64,000 nucleotides of DNA from a virus (lineage: Duplodnaviria > Caudoviricetes): IMG/VR virus record IMGVR_UViG_3300031134_000004, positions 1-64,000 of that record, one strand, 5' to 3'. The translations under genes were made by a program, and so were the position numbers. The notes beneath the pieces were generated by a model. The model was not told the DNA's origin, ran no database searches, and was given only the letters and a program-made list of their open reading frames with translations. This document shows, piece by piece, positions 55,590 through 64,000 of the stretch. Numbering within the stretch: position 1 is the stretch's first letter; every line of letters starts with the position of its first letter.

Positions 55590-56117
55590 ATGGCCCAAGC
55601 CAAACCTGCCTTTGATTATCAAGCATTTCAACAGGCCCTCGCACAATTTACCGAAGACCTTCTCGAACACACTTGGTCGTTCCAGACGTCCAGTTACTTC
55701 CAACTGATGGAAGCGCAAAGCGCAGAGAGCGAACTCTTTAAGCGCGCCCTGCTTCTGGGTATCCAAGGCGTCGATGCGTTTAACTATCGCCGCATTGAAA
55801 CCTTGAAAGAAATTCGTGATGCCGAATACGAACGTGGTCGCAAAGCGCAAGAAGAGCGGATGCAGTCCAGCGTCGATTACTACAAGAACAAGCTCGAAGA
55901 AACGCGCACCATGTACATGAAGCCGATTGACTTCTATAACGAGAAGCTCGAAAAGCATGATTGGTACTACGATTTCAGTGACGACATCACGGTGTATCGC
56001 CGTGGTAAGAAAGTGCGAGAAGAACTGGAAAAAGAAGCCCAAGAAGGTGGTCCAGAATTCGCTGCTGCACTTGCTGCTGCAAAACAACGTCTTTACGACA
56101 ACATCCGCAAGCAATAA
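55590..56117 (+). CDS. Hypothetical coiled-coil protein with HDWYYxFSDD motif, 175 aa
   Basis: GAGGA RBS; HDWYYDFSDDITVYRRG recalled as a widespread phage motif of unknown function. Confidence 0.68.
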   Translation: MAQAKPAFDYQAFQQALAQFTEDLLEHTWSFQTSSYFQLMEAQSAESELFKRALLLGIQGVDAFNYRRIETLKEIRDAEYERGRKAQEERMQSSVDYYKNKLEETRTMYMKPIDFYNEKLEKHDWYYDFSDDITVYRRGKKVREELEKEAQEGGPEFAAALAAAKQRLYDNIRKQ

Positions 56118-56179
56118 TTTAATCAGATGGCCGGGAAAGACCCGGCCTTTACTACTTACAAGTGTAAAAGGAAACTACC

Positions 56180-56707
56180 ATGAAGAACAATCTTCTGGGC
56201 GGCAATATCTTCATCCAACCATCCAAGAGCACAATCGAGCGTTTGAAGATGATCAAGGCAGTATTTGACACCATCATGCTCGGTCCTATTGCAAGGCGTC
56301 CTCTGACCATAGAAGTCGGTGTGTCAGCTTCGACGATCACGAAGATCATGAAGCTCTTTTACGAAGCTGGCATTGCAAACCAAGCGCCCGTAACTGGTTT
56401 TGCCCAACCCGTGTCGTATTCGTTTATTCCTGACCATGAGTTGCTGGTGGAATTTAATACGCAGCTTACCAACCACATTCTTTATTCCGAACAGTGTGTC
56501 GCTGGTGTTGTTGAGTGGCAGCCACCTACCGGGGAAGCACCGGTGCCAAGGAAAGAAAAGTTCGGCAGGACCAATCTCTTTACCGTATTTGAGTACGCAC
56601 CAGGACGTCGTATCTATTCGTCCGATGCACACTCAGCGCACTCGATGCGTCAACTCAGTAAAGAGCAAATGCAAATCGATCCCCTGCGCAAAGCAGGTCT
56701 TCTGTAA
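56180..56707 (+). CDS. Winged-HTH DNA-binding protein (ROK/MarR-like N-terminus)
   Basis: GPIARRPLTIEVGVSASTITKIMKLFYEAGI matches the GPISRxxLAxxxGLSxxTISxIVxxLxxxGL pattern. Confidence 0.6.
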   Translation: MKNNLLGGNIFIQPSKSTIERLKMIKAVFDTIMLGPIARRPLTIEVGVSASTITKIMKLFYEAGIANQAPVTGFAQPVSYSFIPDHELLVEFNTQLTNHILYSEQCVAGVVEWQPPTGEAPVPRKEKFGRTNLFTVFEYAPGRRIYSSDAHSAHSMRQLSKEQMQIDPLRKAGLL

Positions 56708-56751
56708 CATCAAGTGCCGGGGTAAGTCCCGGCTATAACTGGAGAAACAAA

Positions 56752-57540
56752 ATGAGCGAACGCAAAATCAACAAAGCCATTGAGCTGCTTAAAGAAAACA
56801 ACTTCATCGTCGTGCCGCGTCCTGAAGACCATTACGATGAATTCAAATACAAGGAAATCTTCGACACTCCACTCAAGGACTTCTTGCAGCCACATCTGCC
56901 AAAAGCGACCGCCACGCGGATTTACAATTCGCTCAATTATCCAACTGACCCAGACACTCGTTATGTCGGTCAGCTCGTTGCGCGTCCGGATTTCATGGTG
57001 CAGGCTTATCCTAACCTGGGTAAGAAGTCGTTTGAAGACCTGCAGCGGGTTCTTTACAAGCACGTACTTACCTTCAGCATGAACACGCAAGGTTGGATGC
57101 CACCGACGCCACGACCGGCGAAAGAGAAGTCCAATGTACAAGACTATGTCGCCCCAGAAAGCTATCGTCGTGGTTTTATCGAGCGCTACCAACCTGGTGC
57201 CCGCTTTCCTATCGGCGCTACTGCCAGCCTGTTGTTAAACCAGATCGAAAAATGGCCCATCATGAATGACCGTGATGTTCATGCCATGGTGGTCATGAAA
57301 AACGAACGTGGACATTTCCAGACAGTTCATGCCATTAGTCTGGGTGAAGACAGGCGTTACTATTCGCGCGGTTTGGCGGTTGCTGAATTCCGTTACCTCA
57401 TGGAAGAGTGGAAAGATAAAAATGGCGAAGTACGTGCCGGCTTGGGACGCAATGAGTTTCGTATCAAGGAACTTACCTCCGTTAAACCCCTTGTCATGGA
57501 AGGTGGCTGGGAAGCAAATGAGCTGGCTCTCTTGACTTAA
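56752..57540 (+). CDS. Protein with an RNAP alpha-CTD-like domain (residues about 36-110) plus an unknown C-terminal domain
   Basis: TRIYNSL...YVGQLV...PNLGKKSFEDLQRVL...LTFSM versus E. coli RpoA VRSANCL...YIGDLV...PNLGKKSLTEIKDVL...LSLGM. Confidence 0.75.
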   Translation: MSERKINKAIELLKENNFIVVPRPEDHYDEFKYKEIFDTPLKDFLQPHLPKATATRIYNSLNYPTDPDTRYVGQLVARPDFMVQAYPNLGKKSFEDLQRVLYKHVLTFSMNTQGWMPPTPRPAKEKSNVQDYVAPESYRRGFIERYQPGARFPIGATASLLLNQIEKWPIMNDRDVHAMVVMKNERGHFQTVHAISLGEDRRYYSRGLAVAEFRYLMEEWKDKNGEVRAGLGRNEFRIKELTSVKPLVMEGGWEANELALLT

Positions 57541-57551
57541 CTAAAGAAATA

Positions 57552-57968
57552 ATGATGAAGAAAAATACCTACGAAAAGATTGGTGGTGGCATTCAGCCAA
57601 TCCCGCGCAAGCAACTCGTGCCCGTGCGTTTCCCGATGGGCGCAACAGCCGAAGCGTTGTGGAAAGTGTTGCACGACTGGCCTGAACTGGATCGTGATGA
57701 CGACTTGCAAATGGTGTGCATTGATAAGGGTGGCTTGTCCAGCACCGTCAAGTGCATTTACTTCGGTGATGAGCGTCACACGTACACTGGCGGCCTGTCG
57801 ATCCGGGCCATCAAGATCTTGCTTGCTACCCGTCGTCGTATGAAGGGTGAAGTCAAGGTCGATACGGTCGATGGTGAAGTGGTCAGTATCCGGAACTTCT
57901 GGCCACTTGACCGGCGTGAACTCGATGATGGCAGCCAAACGGCTGAAATCATTATCAACGCTGACTAA
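57552..57968 (+). CDS. Hypothetical protein, 138 aa
   Basis: Last gene of the early operon; stop abuts the hairpin. Confidence 0.65.
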   Translation: MMKKNTYEKIGGGIQPIPRKQLVPVRFPMGATAEALWKVLHDWPELDRDDDLQMVCIDKGGLSSTVKCIYFGDERHTYTGGLSIRAIKILLATRRRMKGEVKVDTVDGEVVSIRNFWPLDRRELDDGSQTAEIIINAD

Positions 57969-58010
57969 GCGGCATAAGGCTGGGGAGAAATCCCCAGCCT
58001 CGTATGACCT
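57969..58010. terminator. Bidirectional hairpin, family member
   Basis: GCGGCATA-AGGCTGGGGA-GAAA-TCCCCAGCCT-cg-TATGACCT plus T tract. Confidence 0.78.
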
Positions 58011-58026
58011 CTTTTTTTTTGCCTGT

Positions 58027-59754
58027 TTAGATGCTTGGCTCGTAGACTTTGTCACCAGTGTGAATCAAGAACGCTTCCAGCAACTTTTCTTGGGTAGGCA
58101 TCGAGTACATGTCCACGCAAAACTCGGTAGCGTTGACGTGACCAGCACTCAGGTTCACACCTTGTGTCCGCTGAATGCTCTCTGGTACACCCAGAATACG
58201 AACGAGTTCCTTGTGCGTGGTTTCCTTGGAGATGTTAAAGACCGCACCGCCATTTGGATACGATGCCGATACGTCCAAGTCACCAACGTGCGCACGGATG
58301 TTCGTCATCTGGAATTCGTTCTCCATGATCACGTTCAATCCGTTGTCGTCCACAAGGTGAGCAGGTAAGGTAACGATCCACCCATCCAGGCCCACAGTAA
58401 ATTCATCCAACTCCGTACTCATCTCGTCCGAGGTCGAACCGAACACCTTCTCGTTTTCCAAGCAGAAGTAATGAAGCTTATCTGCCAGACGACGTGGTTG
58501 CGACTTGAAGTTCTCGAAGTCCGAGTGCGCCGAATACAGCGGCAGCGTCACGCACAAGTCCAGCGTCTTCTCATCGAGCATTTGCATGCAGACCGAATCG
58601 AACACGTTATAGATCACGTATTCCAGCGGGTGCTTTGCTTGCATGAATTGGTGCCACTCCAGTCCACTGTAGCTGTCGGCTTCCTTGAACTTGAGCTTGC
58701 CCCCCAGGTCGTGCTTTTTCAAGATCGAGTCCAGCGAGTACGACGGCTCTTCTTGGTTACCAGTACGAATGTGGCGGTAAGCACACATGGCGTCCATGAA
58801 GTAGAACGAGGCTGGCGCGTAAGCGGTGTGCCATTGCGCTGACGGTTTAATGGGTGTGACTTTACCAGAAGCGGTTACTTTCTGGTTGGGCCCCTTCTTG
58901 AACTTGAAGAACTGGAAACCAGCTTCAATGACTTTCGGGTCAGAAAACACCATGGCAGGATCGATGCCGTCTTTCTCGAGCGCCTTGAGCATCTTGTCCA
59001 TGTCGAACGTGATGTTCCAGATCGAGACGAAGTCAGGTTGCCATTCATGCGCTTTCTTAAAGCACTCGATGACGATGTCCGATTCCTTCTCAACGATCTT
59101 GATCTCCCACTCAAGACCACGCTTTTCCACTTGCTCACCCATGTAGGCACGCAAGAGCTTTTGCAGACGCTCTTCCACTTCAGCATGGCCTTCAACGAAC
59201 CACGCACGAATGGCAGTAAAGACTTTGTTACCATGGGAGATCGTTCCCATGATGATTTCATCCGTACCACGATTAACGTCCGTTTCCGTATCGAACGGTG
59301 CTGCCGTGTAGCGGGTGACTAAGTCAGGCCACTTTTCTTGGTAGCTGCGTTTGAGCACAGCAGTGGAGAGAATATCCGTACCGTAGAGATACGGGTTGCG
59401 GTTCAAGCGACGCATGTCGCCTTTAAACCATGGCTCACCCACGGCGCGCGCTGCGCTGTCGATCAGGTTAATTTGCGTCGATTCAAAACGCGAGACCCGG
59501 TCTTCGTGTTCCCATTCTTTTTTGTCGTTGTGGTCACGGAAACCCTTCTTCGTAACCCAGAAAGGACGCTTATAGTTGGTGATCAAGCGCAGGTTTGGCA
59601 CTTGGATGATTTGGTCACCTTGCTTAACGTGCAAGATCTCTTTAACGACGTGCAAGTCATTGCGTGAATTGTCGTTAGGCATGCAGTGCGTAGCGAAGCG
59701 ACACTCGATACCAACGACATCTTCACGAGCGTATTTGGGCATAGGGGTATTCAT
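58027..59754 (-). CDS. Family B DNA polymerase, 3'-5' exonuclease-containing half of the split enzyme (phiKZ gp82-like)
   Basis: Exo I FDTET, Exo II WNITFDM, YSLDSI, Exo III YNVFDS, and DLDVSASYP (polymerase motif A). Confidence 0.87.
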   Translation of the reverse strand: MNTPMPKYAREDVVGIECRFATHCMPNDNSRNDLHVVKEILHVKQGDQIIQVPNLRLITNYKRPFWVTKKGFRDHNDKKEWEHEDRVSRFESTQINLIDSAARAVGEPWFKGDMRRLNRNPYLYGTDILSTAVLKRSYQEKWPDLVTRYTAAPFDTETDVNRGTDEIIMGTISHGNKVFTAIRAWFVEGHAEVEERLQKLLRAYMGEQVEKRGLEWEIKIVEKESDIVIECFKKAHEWQPDFVSIWNITFDMDKMLKALEKDGIDPAMVFSDPKVIEAGFQFFKFKKGPNQKVTASGKVTPIKPSAQWHTAYAPASFYFMDAMCAYRHIRTGNQEEPSYSLDSILKKHDLGGKLKFKEADSYSGLEWHQFMQAKHPLEYVIYNVFDSVCMQMLDEKTLDLCVTLPLYSAHSDFENFKSQPRRLADKLHYFCLENEKVFGSTSDEMSTELDEFTVGLDGWIVTLPAHLVDDNGLNVIMENEFQMTNIRAHVGDLDVSASYPNGGAVFNISKETTHKELVRILGVPESIQRTQGVNLSAGHVNATEFCVDMYSMPTQEKLLEAFLIHTGDKVYEPSI

Positions 59755-59906
59755 GGGCTAATGGCTTCCTAGAAACTGTTGGTAATCAGTATGAACTGTA
59801 CGGTCCAATTATGCTCTATCTTATTTGACCGACTCTCTCAAACAATCAGTCGGGTATGTTAAATCTGACCCGAAAAGTCTTTCCCATCTATCAACGAGGA
59901 ATCCCC

Positions 59907-61139
59907 ATGCGTTTTCTGAAAACCCAACCCAGCTTGGAAAGTGTGGATTTTCAATCGACTACCTTCTTTAAAGAACTCACCAACGCTTTCGCAGAGCTGC
60001 AGTCGGAGAAGAAGGATGCGTCGGAAAGTCCTGTTGTCCAGCAAGTGTCCAAGATCATTGCCAACCACACCGGCATGAACATCGACATCCTGATCGACGA
60101 CTACGATCCATGTATCGAAGTCCCCCACGTCGACAAGAACCATCCGCTTGTCAATGAATTCTGGCGCAACGCCGTCAATAGCAACGACGGCTTGGCCTTG
60201 ATCAACAAAGCCGAAGGCGCCGTGCGCGGCACCGTCAATACCCGCACGGGTAAAGTTACCGGGATCTTCACCGAACTCAAGGGTAAGATCCATCTGAACA
60301 AAACGCTCTTTTCTGGCAAGAAGTTCGAAGCCGATGAGATTGCTGCGATCACGCTGCATGAAGTGGGTCATCTGTTCACCTACTTCGAGTACATCACTCG
60401 TTCAGTTACCACCAACCAAGTGCTCGCCGGTGTGGCAAAAGCACTGGATCAGTCCGGTACTATCGAAGAGCGCGAAGCCGTGCTCATCAGCGCTAAACAA
60501 GCGCTCAAGCTGTCGGACCTCGATACCAAGGAATTGGCCAAGTCGACCAACAAGAAAGTCGTTGAAATCGTCATCATCACCAACGCTGCCCGTAAAGCCG
60601 AATCGGAACTGGGAAGCAACGTGTACGACTTCTCGAGCTGGGAAATGCTGGCAGACCAATACGCTTCCCGCTACGGCGCTTACCGCCCACTCGTGACGGC
60701 ACTGGCTAAGTACTACAAAGGCGTGTACAACATCGCTTTCCGTGGCACCGTCGGTTACATCGTGATGGAAGTGGTCAAGCTCATCACTATCCTTAGCCCT
60801 GTTTTGTTCATCGTTCTCGTGGCGATGGATGGTTCGGGTGACGGCACGTACGACGTACCAGGAGCGCGCTTTAAGCGTGTACGTAATCAGATCGTGGAAA
60901 ACCTCAAGGACAAGAAACTGTCCAAGGACGACCATGAACGCCTGATGGCCGATATCGCTGCGATCGATGAAATCCTTTCGCAAATGAACAGTCGTCGTCA
61001 AGTGTTTGGCTTGCTGTACGATTCGCTCGTACCGTCGGGACGTAAAGCGTACCGTCAGGAAAAGCAACAACAAGAACTGGAAAAGCTGGCAATGAATGAC
61101 CTGTTCGTCAAAGCAGCTGAACTGCGTCAGATGACCTAA
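59907..61139 (+). CDS. Virion protein with zincin metalloprotease signature
   Basis: LHEVGH plus downstream EMLADQYA; SLE processing-like motif near the N-terminus; hydrophobic segment; GAGGA RBS. Confidence 0.65.
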   Translation: MRFLKTQPSLESVDFQSTTFFKELTNAFAELQSEKKDASESPVVQQVSKIIANHTGMNIDILIDDYDPCIEVPHVDKNHPLVNEFWRNAVNSNDGLALINKAEGAVRGTVNTRTGKVTGIFTELKGKIHLNKTLFSGKKFEADEIAAITLHEVGHLFTYFEYITRSVTTNQVLAGVAKALDQSGTIEEREAVLISAKQALKLSDLDTKELAKSTNKKVVEIVIITNAARKAESELGSNVYDFSSWEMLADQYASRYGAYRPLVTALAKYYKGVYNIAFRGTVGYIVMEVVKLITILSPVLFIVLVAMDGSGDGTYDVPGARFKRVRNQIVENLKDKKLSKDDHERLMADIAAIDEILSQMNSRRQVFGLLYDSLVPSGRKAYRQEKQQQELEKLAMNDLFVKAAELRQMT

Positions 61140-61154
61140 CCTAGAAAGAAGACC

Positions 61155-62576
61155 GTGGAAGATTTCAACCAAGAAGTTGAAGAACTGGTGGCGCTTGAAA
61201 GCGTCCTTACCCGGATTGGTCAAATCCAAGATCGCGTAGCAGCTGAAGGCATGTCCAAGCAGGTGGCGATGGAAGCACAGTCGCTCATCAATGGTTTTAA
61301 CAAGAACCGTCCTTTGGCATTCTACAGCCAAAGCCCGTCGTTTGTTGCCGAGTATAACACAGCGCTCGAAGCACTCTCGACTGGCAGTGCGCCTGCCTTG
61401 ACGTTGGTTTTGATCGCCTTGGCTGCCCTCATCGGTCGCTTCCTTGCTTACTTCTTTAGTAAGCAGGGAAAATCAAGCGGCGGTGGCGGCAGTAGTGGTG
61501 GTGGTGGCTTTAAAGTCATTTGGACTTACAAGGGCAAGAAGTACGATAACTACGCCGACGTCTCGAAAGCGCAGCAAGAAGACTTGAGGCGCTATAACGA
61601 ACAGTTTTGCAAAGACTTCGAGCAATGGGTTGACCGGGGAGAGAAAGACGCTCGCCACAACCGTAAAGATTCGTCCGACAGCAAAGCACCGCCGTTTAAA
61701 GCAAAGCCTGCTGGCAAGAGCATGCCGAGTAACCCACATCAAGCGTTTGATCAACTCTTTGAAGAAGAGATCAAAAACAATGGCGAGAAAAGCCAGATCG
61801 TGGGACTTCTCGAAACGCAAGACGGTTTGATGCATGACTTGCTAAACGATGGCGCCTACACACGTTTCATGCACGATGCTGTGAACCTGGCACCGGAACT
61901 GAAGAAATCCCTGTCCGCCATGCAAGGCCACATCAACGGCATGCTGCGCGATACCAAGCACTTCTTGGACAACCGTGACAAACTCACGGCTGAGAGCAAG
62001 AAGGAACTCGTCGATCGCCTGCAAGATGCGTTCTACACCAAGCTTAGTGTTTCGGTCCAAGGTAAGCCATACGACATCCATGAGGTCGTGGAAATCATGG
62101 TTGCGCAAAAGCACGACATGCAGGCTGGTCAAGGCACGAAGAAATTCAAGTACAGCCAGTTGGTTAGCACCTTCACCGCTGCCACCCAGAAGTTCCCAGT
62201 TAAGACAATGGTCGATGCGTTTTACGACGCCCAAGAAACGTTACCAGAAATTCAGAGTAAAACTGAAGAGTACGCTAACGTCATCAAAGGCGTAGAGAAC
62301 TTGAAGAACTTCGACGACTGGGACCAAGCGTACGTCAAAGGCTTGCGTGACACAGCAGCGAAGTTTAGCAAGACCATCAAAGACATCGTCATGTACCTGG
62401 CCCATCTCGATAGCTACAGCAAAGCACTGCGCCGCGCTGAAAGTCAAGTCACGAAGCTTAATCGCGAAGGCGTTAAGCTCTTGACGGAAGCTGCTAAGAA
62501 AGACGGCTTTGAACCAAGCGCTGCCACGAAAAAGATGACCAAGGAAATCTTGGACGACATGACTGTCGAAATGTAA
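61155..62576 (+). CDS. Processed internal head protein, paralogue family member 1
   Basis: ALE, AME, ALE cleavage-type motifs, then a hydrophobic helix and Gly linker. Confidence 0.65.
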   Translation: MEDFNQEVEELVALESVLTRIGQIQDRVAAEGMSKQVAMEAQSLINGFNKNRPLAFYSQSPSFVAEYNTALEALSTGSAPALTLVLIALAALIGRFLAYFFSKQGKSSGGGGSSGGGGFKVIWTYKGKKYDNYADVSKAQQEDLRRYNEQFCKDFEQWVDRGEKDARHNRKDSSDSKAPPFKAKPAGKSMPSNPHQAFDQLFEEEIKNNGEKSQIVGLLETQDGLMHDLLNDGAYTRFMHDAVNLAPELKKSLSAMQGHINGMLRDTKHFLDNRDKLTAESKKELVDRLQDAFYTKLSVSVQGKPYDIHEVVEIMVAQKHDMQAGQGTKKFKYSQLVSTFTAATQKFPVKTMVDAFYDAQETLPEIQSKTEEYANVIKGVENLKNFDDWDQAYVKGLRDTAAKFSKTIKDIVMYLAHLDSYSKALRRAESQVTKLNREGVKLLTEAAKKDGFEPSAATKKMTKEILDDMTVEM

Positions 62577-62600
62577 CGAACCCATTTATTAGGATTTACC

Positions 62601-63062
62601 ATGCAAACGAAATTTATCTCCTTTCACGATCAGGCCAACCGCTTGATTACCGACGTCCTGGCGCGTTCGAACATCTTGGCTGCAGCCATTGGTCGCGCCG
62701 TCGCAAACGTTCAGCCACTGCCCTCCTCGCCCGTTGAAAGTGCATCCGGTTACTTTAACACCCATGCGCTGCCACAACTGCGCACGATCGTGTCGGAGTG
62801 GAACGAAAACATGACGGTCAACACCGCCATCTGCACCGAGTACGCTCGCATCTTCTGGCTGCTGCGCTACAATGCGGCGCACCCGAACTCGCGTCCACTG
62901 TACGACAGCCCGTACGACTTCTTCTGCACCACGATGGGTGTGAAAAGCTACGTAAGCGATGAGCAGTACGCGTTCCTTAACACCCACAAGGAAACCATCC
63001 TGGCCCTGTCCTCGAGCGTCTCGCGCATGCTGTGCGCAGAGCAGGAGCAGCGCAATGGCTAA
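62601..63062 (+). CDS. Probable virion protein, 153 aa
   Basis: AGGA RBS; within the head-gene operon. Confidence 0.65.
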   Translation: MQTKFISFHDQANRLITDVLARSNILAAAIGRAVANVQPLPSSPVESASGYFNTHALPQLRTIVSEWNENMTVNTAICTEYARIFWLLRYNAAHPNSRPLYDSPYDFFCTTMGVKSYVSDEQYAFLNTHKETILALSSSVSRMLCAEQEQRNG

Positions 63063-63999
63063 AGCACCTCGCCGTGGTCTCATGGCGATGGAAGCGATAG
63101 ACGGTGTTACGGATCTGGGGTACTCGGTCAACAAGCTTGGCCAGATTGCCCCACTCGTACCAATGGAAAACGCCGCCTATGTGCAGCCGTTGTATCCTGA
63201 GCATTTCGATCCTGGTGTTAAGCCAGGCATGAAGCTGTTTGCTAACGGCACCGACAATGAAGGGACAGACTTCTTCGCTGTGCCGATCATGGAAGACGAA
63301 GAGCTTGATGTGGCTGAGAACCTCGACGGCATTGCCGCACTCGAGTCGCAGTTGCAAGACTTGCTGTACCTTGAAAACGATTTGCTCCAAGCTGGCGGGA
63401 TGAACAAGCACTTTGCCATGGAAGCGCAGAAAGTCATTCCCAACTTCGGTGGTGTCCCGATGGGCTACTACACTGAAGCGACGACCGCTACCCGTTACAA
63501 GGTTTCGCTGGAAGAACTCTCCCGTGGTGTCTGGGCGGCTATTGCTGCTGGTGTGGCAGTTGTGATTGCGGCCATTGGCAAATTCATCTTCTGGATGATG
63601 GGTCGTCGTAACAAAGGTGACTCCACGCCAAGTAGCGGTGAGGTGACCAATGCTGATGTGAAAGCGGCTGTGCAATCGGCCAAAGAAATGCCAGCAGAAG
63701 TCAAAGCCATGGCCAAGTCGATGGATGTCGGGCAAAAGGCGGTTGTCAAAGCAGAAGGCATGCTCTCGAACAACCCCTTGACGCTTAAGAATGAACACGG
63801 CAAGGAATACACCGTGCATTCGTTCCAAGACATCATCAACAATGTCTTTACGGACCAAGAGCGCTATGGTCGGGCTAAGCAGTTCTTCGACAACCGTGAC
63901 GCTTACACCCACGACATCATCAATGGGGGCGAGTTCTCCAAAAAGATGGCGGCGCTCTCGCAGAGCATGGGGGCGGTCTCGTCGGCACTGTCGATTAAG
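63055..63999 (+). CDS. Processed internal head protein, paralogue family member 2 (truncated by window end; missing from the ORF track)
   Basis: AGGAG RBS; frame open to the end; ALESQL...GGMNKHFAMEAQ...SLEELS aligns with the 61155 protein. Confidence 0.72.
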   Translation, partial: MAKAPRRGLMAMEAIDGVTDLGYSVNKLGQIAPLVPMENAAYVQPLYPEHFDPGVKPGMKLFANGTDNEGTDFFAVPIMEDEELDVAENLDGIAALESQLQDLLYLENDLLQAGGMNKHFAMEAQKVIPNFGGVPMGYYTEATTATRYKVSLEELSRGVWAAIAAGVAVVIAAIGKFIFWMMGRRNKGDSTPSSGEVTNADVKAAVQSAKEMPAEVKAMAKSMDVGQKAVVKAEGMLSNNPLTLKNEHGKEYTVHSFQDIINNVFTDQERYGRAKQFFDNRDAYTHDIINGGEFSKKMAALSQSMGAVSSALSIK

Positions 64000-64000
64000 G

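Noticed and set aside
1-64000. CRISPR array, evenly spaced repeat array, tRNA, reverse transcriptase, intein, transposase
   Set aside because: No regularly spaced direct repeats, no cloverleaf with T-loop and CCA, no YxDD in an RT context, and no intein or transposase motifs were seen by eye. The hairpin family is dispersed, not arrayed.

Overview
This window is not bacterial chromosome. It is a segment of a nucleus-forming, phiKZ-like jumbo phage genome (Chimalliviridae-type). It carries the family hallmarks in the expected order: large terminase, PhuZ tubulin, both halves of the split family-B DNA polymerase, chimallin (ChmA), four non-virion RNA polymerase subunits (beta' N, sigma-like, beta C, beta' C), one virion RNAP subunit (beta' C), an SbcD nuclease, an SF2 helicase, and ChmC- and PicA/Imp1-like genes, plus head and virion proteins. 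Short accessory operons sit between them, each behind a conserved 19-nt early-promoter-like motif. I found no tRNA, rRNA, CRISPR array, reverse transcriptase, intein or intron. The most notable unexplained features are: (1) two long, hairpin-dense non-coding regions (about 14884-15630 and 19228-19600) that share an 18-nt upstream motif and bracket a tandem array of seven divergent small paralogue-like genes, together a candidate ncRNA/protein-array module; (2) an uncalled 55-aa ORF that copies the N-terminus of the RNAP beta-C subunit directly downstream; (3) an early cassette with a winged-HTH protein and a protein carrying a host RNAP alpha-CTD-like domain; (4) a dispersed, oriented hairpin family with conserved mismatched flanks; (5) an origin-like 670-bp spacer with G-quadruplex motifs; (6) a DarG-like macrodomain. 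All homology calls rest on visible motifs and remembered synteny; no database search was run.
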